64,000 bases of DNA from Raja brachyura (Eukaryota), in assembly GCA_963514005.1 (NCBI GenBank), contig OY740788.1, forward strand, positions 88,536,001 to 88,600,000. Reading direction: 5' to 3'. Shown here piece by piece: positions 59,539-64,000 of the stretch. The translations under genes were made by a program, and so were the position numbers. The notes beneath the pieces were generated by a model. It saw nothing but the letters and a program-made list of their open reading frames with translations, was not told the origin of the DNA and ran no database searches. Numbering within the stretch: the first letter of the stretch is position 1; every line of letters starts with the position of its first letter.

Positions 59539-62500
59539 CCCCCACCCAAAGATACTGAATAAGCTTCTGAAGACTATTCAGTAACAAAGGAACTTGCCAA
59601 TAGCCTTTTAGCAAGTCCAACTTAAACACAAAAGATGCACTTCCCACATGATCCACGCAATCCTCCATCCATGGAAGAGGATAGCAATCCGGCTTAGTTA
59701 CAGCATTCACCTTCCGAAAGTCCGTGCAAAACCTGTCCTCCCCATTAGCCTTCGTAGCCAGTAGACACGGAGAACTCCACAGACTACAACTAGGTTCAGC
59801 AATTGCATGCTGCAGCATATAGTCAACCTGACCTCTTAGGCGATGACGCTTGTCAAGATTGACCCGATACGGATGCTGTTTAATTGCCGCAGCACCGGCC
59901 ACGTCAATGTCATGCTGCAGCACAGACGTCTGAGAAGGCACATCCGAGAACAGTGACCCATTTGACCCCACCAAAGCAAGCAGATCATCCCGCTGACTTC
60001 CAGACAAATGAGACAACCGCAAGGGAAGCAACTCGAAAGCTTCAGAGTTGCACAGCTTTCCCTGCGTCACTGCCACAGACAACCGTGCCTCACCCACATC
60101 ACCACCCGTGTCGGGGGGCAGCGCTACTACAGCCAAAACTGGCTTAGACAAAACCGAAGGACACAGCTCCTCCCCATCAACCTGTACATGCTCCTGCTTA
60201 TGGTACTGCTTCAGCATGTTGACATGACAGAGCTGAGTCTTACGCCTCCGATCAGGGGTACCAATAACGTAATCCCTTGCACCAACCTTCTTAACCACCT
60301 GATAGGGACCACTATAGCGAGCCTGCAGACTGGAACCAGGAATAGGCAACAACACCAGGACCTTGTCACCTGGAGAAAAATTCCTACTAGAAGCCTTCCT
60401 GTCGAACCAGCCCTTCATCCTAGACTGAGCAGAAGCAAGATTACCCATCGCCAGTTCGCATGCCCTCCGCAGTCTAGACCTAAAAGTACAGACGTGGTCT
60501 AAAATACTACGTTTTGAATTCTCCTGCAACCATTTCTCCTTCAGGACCCTCAACGGACCACGAACCATATGCGCGAACACCAGGTCAGCAGGACTGAACC
60601 CTAAAGACTCCTGCACGACCTCACTGCAAACATAACTAGATGAACCCCCTCATCCCAGTCTTTTTCAAACTCCAGGCAGTAGTTTTCAATATAGATTTCA
60701 AAGTCTGGTGAAACCGCTCGAGAGCTCCCTGGCTCTCAGGATGATACGCACTGGAGTAACAATGCTCAATATCCAACAACTTAATTACCTGACCAAAAAC
60801 CTTTGACATGAAGTTGGAACCTTGGTCACTCTGCACAACCTTGGGCAAACCGAACAACGAAAAAAACTTAGTAAGAGACTTCACAATGGCAGGGGCAGTA
60901 ATGTTACGCAAAGGGACCACCTCCGGCAAGCGGGTAGACGCACACATAATTGTCAATAAAAACTTGTTGCCCAACCTTGTCCAAGATAGAGGACCCACAC
61001 AATCAACTAGAATCTGTTCAAACGGCTCCCCGACCACGGGGATTGGATATAAAGGCGCAGGAACAATTGATTGATTCGGCTTTCCTGCCACCTGGCAAAT
61101 GTGACAACACCTGCGGTGCTGCTTCACGTCCTTTTTCAACCCTGGCCAAAAAAAATTCCGTAAGATACGTCATACGTCTTATTGACCCCCAAATGTCCAC
61201 CCAGAGGTCCATCATGAGCCAAACTGAGTATCTCCTCCCTATACCGACAAGGTATCACATTCTGATCAACCACGCTCCAATCATTATGCCCTGACATATC
61301 CAAGGGTGACCACTTTCGCATCAGTAAGCCATTCCTCAGAAAATACCCCTTTGCTGTGGAATCCATATCCCCCTCAGGCACCGCACAGTCGAACAGATCT
61401 GATAAACCATGATCACTCTTTTGCTCCTCAACCAGCCGGTCACATGACAGCGACACTGGCACATTTTCAGACAAGACCCCATCTTGAGATGTAGAAACAC
61501 CCTTCACAACACAGGATCCATCATCCTGATCCCCAAAAATGCTCTCACTCAGGTCCACTACATCTTCAAACTTTGCCTGGCTCTTAGCCATAGCCCTCGT
61601 GACAGCACAAGCTGTGAAGACCGTCGGATGCTTCATAGCCAATCTATCAGGACTCTGCACCACCGGAACAGCCATCACCTCAGGAGTAATGAAAACTTTA
61701 CCTCCTGCCAAGTCATTCCCCAAAATCCCAGAAACTCCCGCAACGGGAAAACACGGCCATAACCCAACAGTTACCCCGCCTGAAACCAACTCGCACTCGA
61801 GACTCACGGTATGCAAAGGCACTACCATGCCCTCCAACCCGAATCCTACCACAGGGACACTGGACCCAACCAATGACTCCCCAGAAAACGGCAGTACACT
61901 ATCCAATATAAAGGACTTAGTAGCACCAGTATCACGCAAGATGGATACTGGAACATTTATGACCTCCATCCTCTAGAGAAACAAAACCTTTCGTGATGAA
62001 CGCAGAATAATTACTACACTCATCAGATTCAGGCATCCCAGGAACCACGGGTGCTTTTTGTGTACCCACCAAAGCCACAGGCTTTGCATTTTTCTTGTGC
62101 AGTACGGGACACGACTTTAAGATGTGCCCGCTCTCTTTACAATAGTAGCACACAGGACCTTCCTTAGTCCTGAGACCTCCGTCAACCTTATCAGCTCGGA
62201 CCTCCCCCTGTATCAATGTGCTGACACTTGCAGGCACAGAAACAGCTTTGATACTGCCACCGGCGACACCACCGCGATTAAACGGCCGTGCACCTAAACC
62301 ATAGGTTCGCCCAACAAACTCAGTTTTATGAGTCAATACATACTCATCTGCTAACACCGCGGCCTTCGACACCTCCGTCACCTTCTGCTCATTAAGGTAA
62401 GTAGCAACCCTCTCAGGGAGACAGTTCTTAAAGACTTCCATAATCATCAAGGCCCGCAACAGCTTAAAATCCTTCACTCCTTTGGAAGCGCACCACCTGT

Positions 62501-63399
62501 AAAAAAGTGCCTCCTTCTCCCAAGCAAACTCCACATAAGTCTGACTATCAAACTTCCTAAAGCGCCGGAACTTCTGCCGGTACGCCTCTGGAACTAATTC
62601 ATAAGCCCTTAATACCGTAGACTTCACACACTCATAATCCAGACTGTTTTCAAGAGATAAAGACGAGTACACCTCCCGTGCTTTACCCACAAGGACACAC
62701 TGCAAGAGCAAGGACCACATATCCCTAGGCCACTTAAAGGACGAAGCTACCTGTTCAAACACTGCAAAATATTTGTCCACATCCTTCTCATTAAACGGGG
62801 GAACCAGGCGAATGTTCTTGCTCATATCAAACTCCCTTTCCCCAGAAGGAACTCGGGAGGCATTCAATTCCTTTTCCCGTATCTCAAGGTGTTTAATCTC
62901 AAGGTCTTTCTCTCTTAAGGCCCTCTCCTCCTTTTTCATTGCAAGCTCTAACTCCTTCTCTCTTAAGGCTAACTCCTTCAATCGAATGAGGTCCTCCATT
63001 TTCTGACCAGGCTGTGTAGAAGCTAGAGGACTTTCTTCCTCAGCAGGCAATACCCCACTCTTTTTCAACTCAGACCATAACACCGACTGTATAGCCTGTT
63101 TCCTCGAATGCTTATCAACAGACACCTGATAGCTGTCTGCCAGCAATAACAACTGCTCCTTCGTACATTTGTCAAACAACTCCTGACGAGGAGCCTCAGT
63201 AAAGTCCTCCACTATAAACTTCATATCAAATGTCAGGACCAAAAAAACCAGCCAAAGCCTGGGCACAAATGTCACCACAAATGGAAGAGGAAAAAAAAAA
63301 AATCCCCGCACAACACAGACTTCCTCAGACACCAGAAGCCTACCAAAAAAACTCCCCAAACTGTCTAGGGTCCTCAAAGCTTAGGACGAGCCCCCATTT

Positions 63400-63969
63400 T
63401 GTTACGACTTCCAAAGGCTGGTTCCTCAGAGTCGCGTAACAAATCAAAAACAGGGTCAAGTTTATATTAAAAAAACAGTCTTTAATTGTAACACTAAACA
63501 AAACCCGAACCTGATTTTAAAGAACACGGTCAGGGATCAGAATTGGCTATAAAATAATATATAATGGTGAACCAGCCAGCCCTTAATGGACCGTCGGACT
63601 GCAGACTCTAAACTGACTATATAGCCCTAACTCTACAACCAAAAATACCCGAAAACTCTCAGGTCATCCCTTCCGTCACAATAGAACATTCATTTACAAA
63701 AGTATATCCCAAATATACAAAGTGCAGTGCCATGCGGCCAGGCCTCATGCAGATCAGCCCGGCGCCTCTTCCCCCAGAGATCTATCTTGAAGAGAGAGAG
63801 AATTCTGGGAGCTTCTGCCTCTTAAAGCTCCCGATGAGTCATCTGATGTTGCTGGGCCAATCGGGTACAGAAGCTGTTAACCCCTTGATTCCTGGCTCCC
63901 AGCCACGGCCTGTAGAGATACAGACAGGTAATTACAGTATTCAACAGGAGGGGGGGAAAGTACCTAACA
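63400..63969 (-). repeat. 5' LTR of the Gmr1-type element
   Basis: Adjacent to the tRNA-Pro PBS at about 63384-63396. Confidence 0.95.
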
Positions 63970-64000
63970 ATGACTTCCTGACCCTTATACTCAATGCCCC

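Larger units (their letters stand above)
58967..63969 (-). mobile_element. Gmr1-type Ty3/Gypsy LTR retrotransposon (gag, PR, IN, RT), with RT/RNase H largely deleted
   Basis: LTRs 58967-59538 and 63400-63969 (TG...CA), 5-bp TSD ATGAC. PBS TGGGGGCTCGTCC (tRNA-Pro), PPT TCTTTGGGTGGGGG. Gag has a CYYC..GH....C knuckle, PR has LRDTGA, and IN (DCVGPL, SDQGSNF, HPESQGALERFHQTLK, GPY) precedes RT (HPYR, FCTDFRKVN, DLLKGYWQVPL). Inserted in a CR1 relic. Confidence 0.95.

Overview
Eukaryotic, transposon-dense vertebrate DNA. It is most likely from a cartilaginous fish (skate/ray), inferred from HE1/V-SINE-like SINEs sharing CR1 (HER1-like) tails and from the TE spectrum. One host gene can be assembled by hand from splice sites and is largely invisible in the ORF track. 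It is a 7-exon, + strand, 364-aa type I Ig-superfamily receptor: join 575-623, 17813-18163, 19076-19420, 19919-20063, 21397-21440, 24030-24073, 25508-25624. It has a leader, two antigen-receptor-like V domains that each end in a germline-fused J-like strand ([14 protein letters not shown] / [14 protein letters not shown]), an uncharged TM helix, and a tail with PVYSTV, an ITIM (IFYADI) and an ITSM (TEYAAI). PU.1/ETS motifs lie upstream of the leader. The rest is nested mobile DNA. This includes four DIRS tyrosine-recombinase retroelements, two of which differ by inversion of a spacer between 79-bp inverted repeats. There is also a Gmr1-type Gypsy element with both LTRs, a Gypsy pol relic whose RNase H motif has expanded into a 2.35-kb minisatellite, four L1 copies, many CR1 and Rex1-like LINE pieces, SINEs, Helitron-like termini, Penelope-like termini with a minimal hammerhead motif, and an N gap. 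The long ORFs at 14.4-16.9 kb and 50.9-51.7 kb are artefacts of a repeat and of the gap. All family assignments come from motif recognition; no database search was run.
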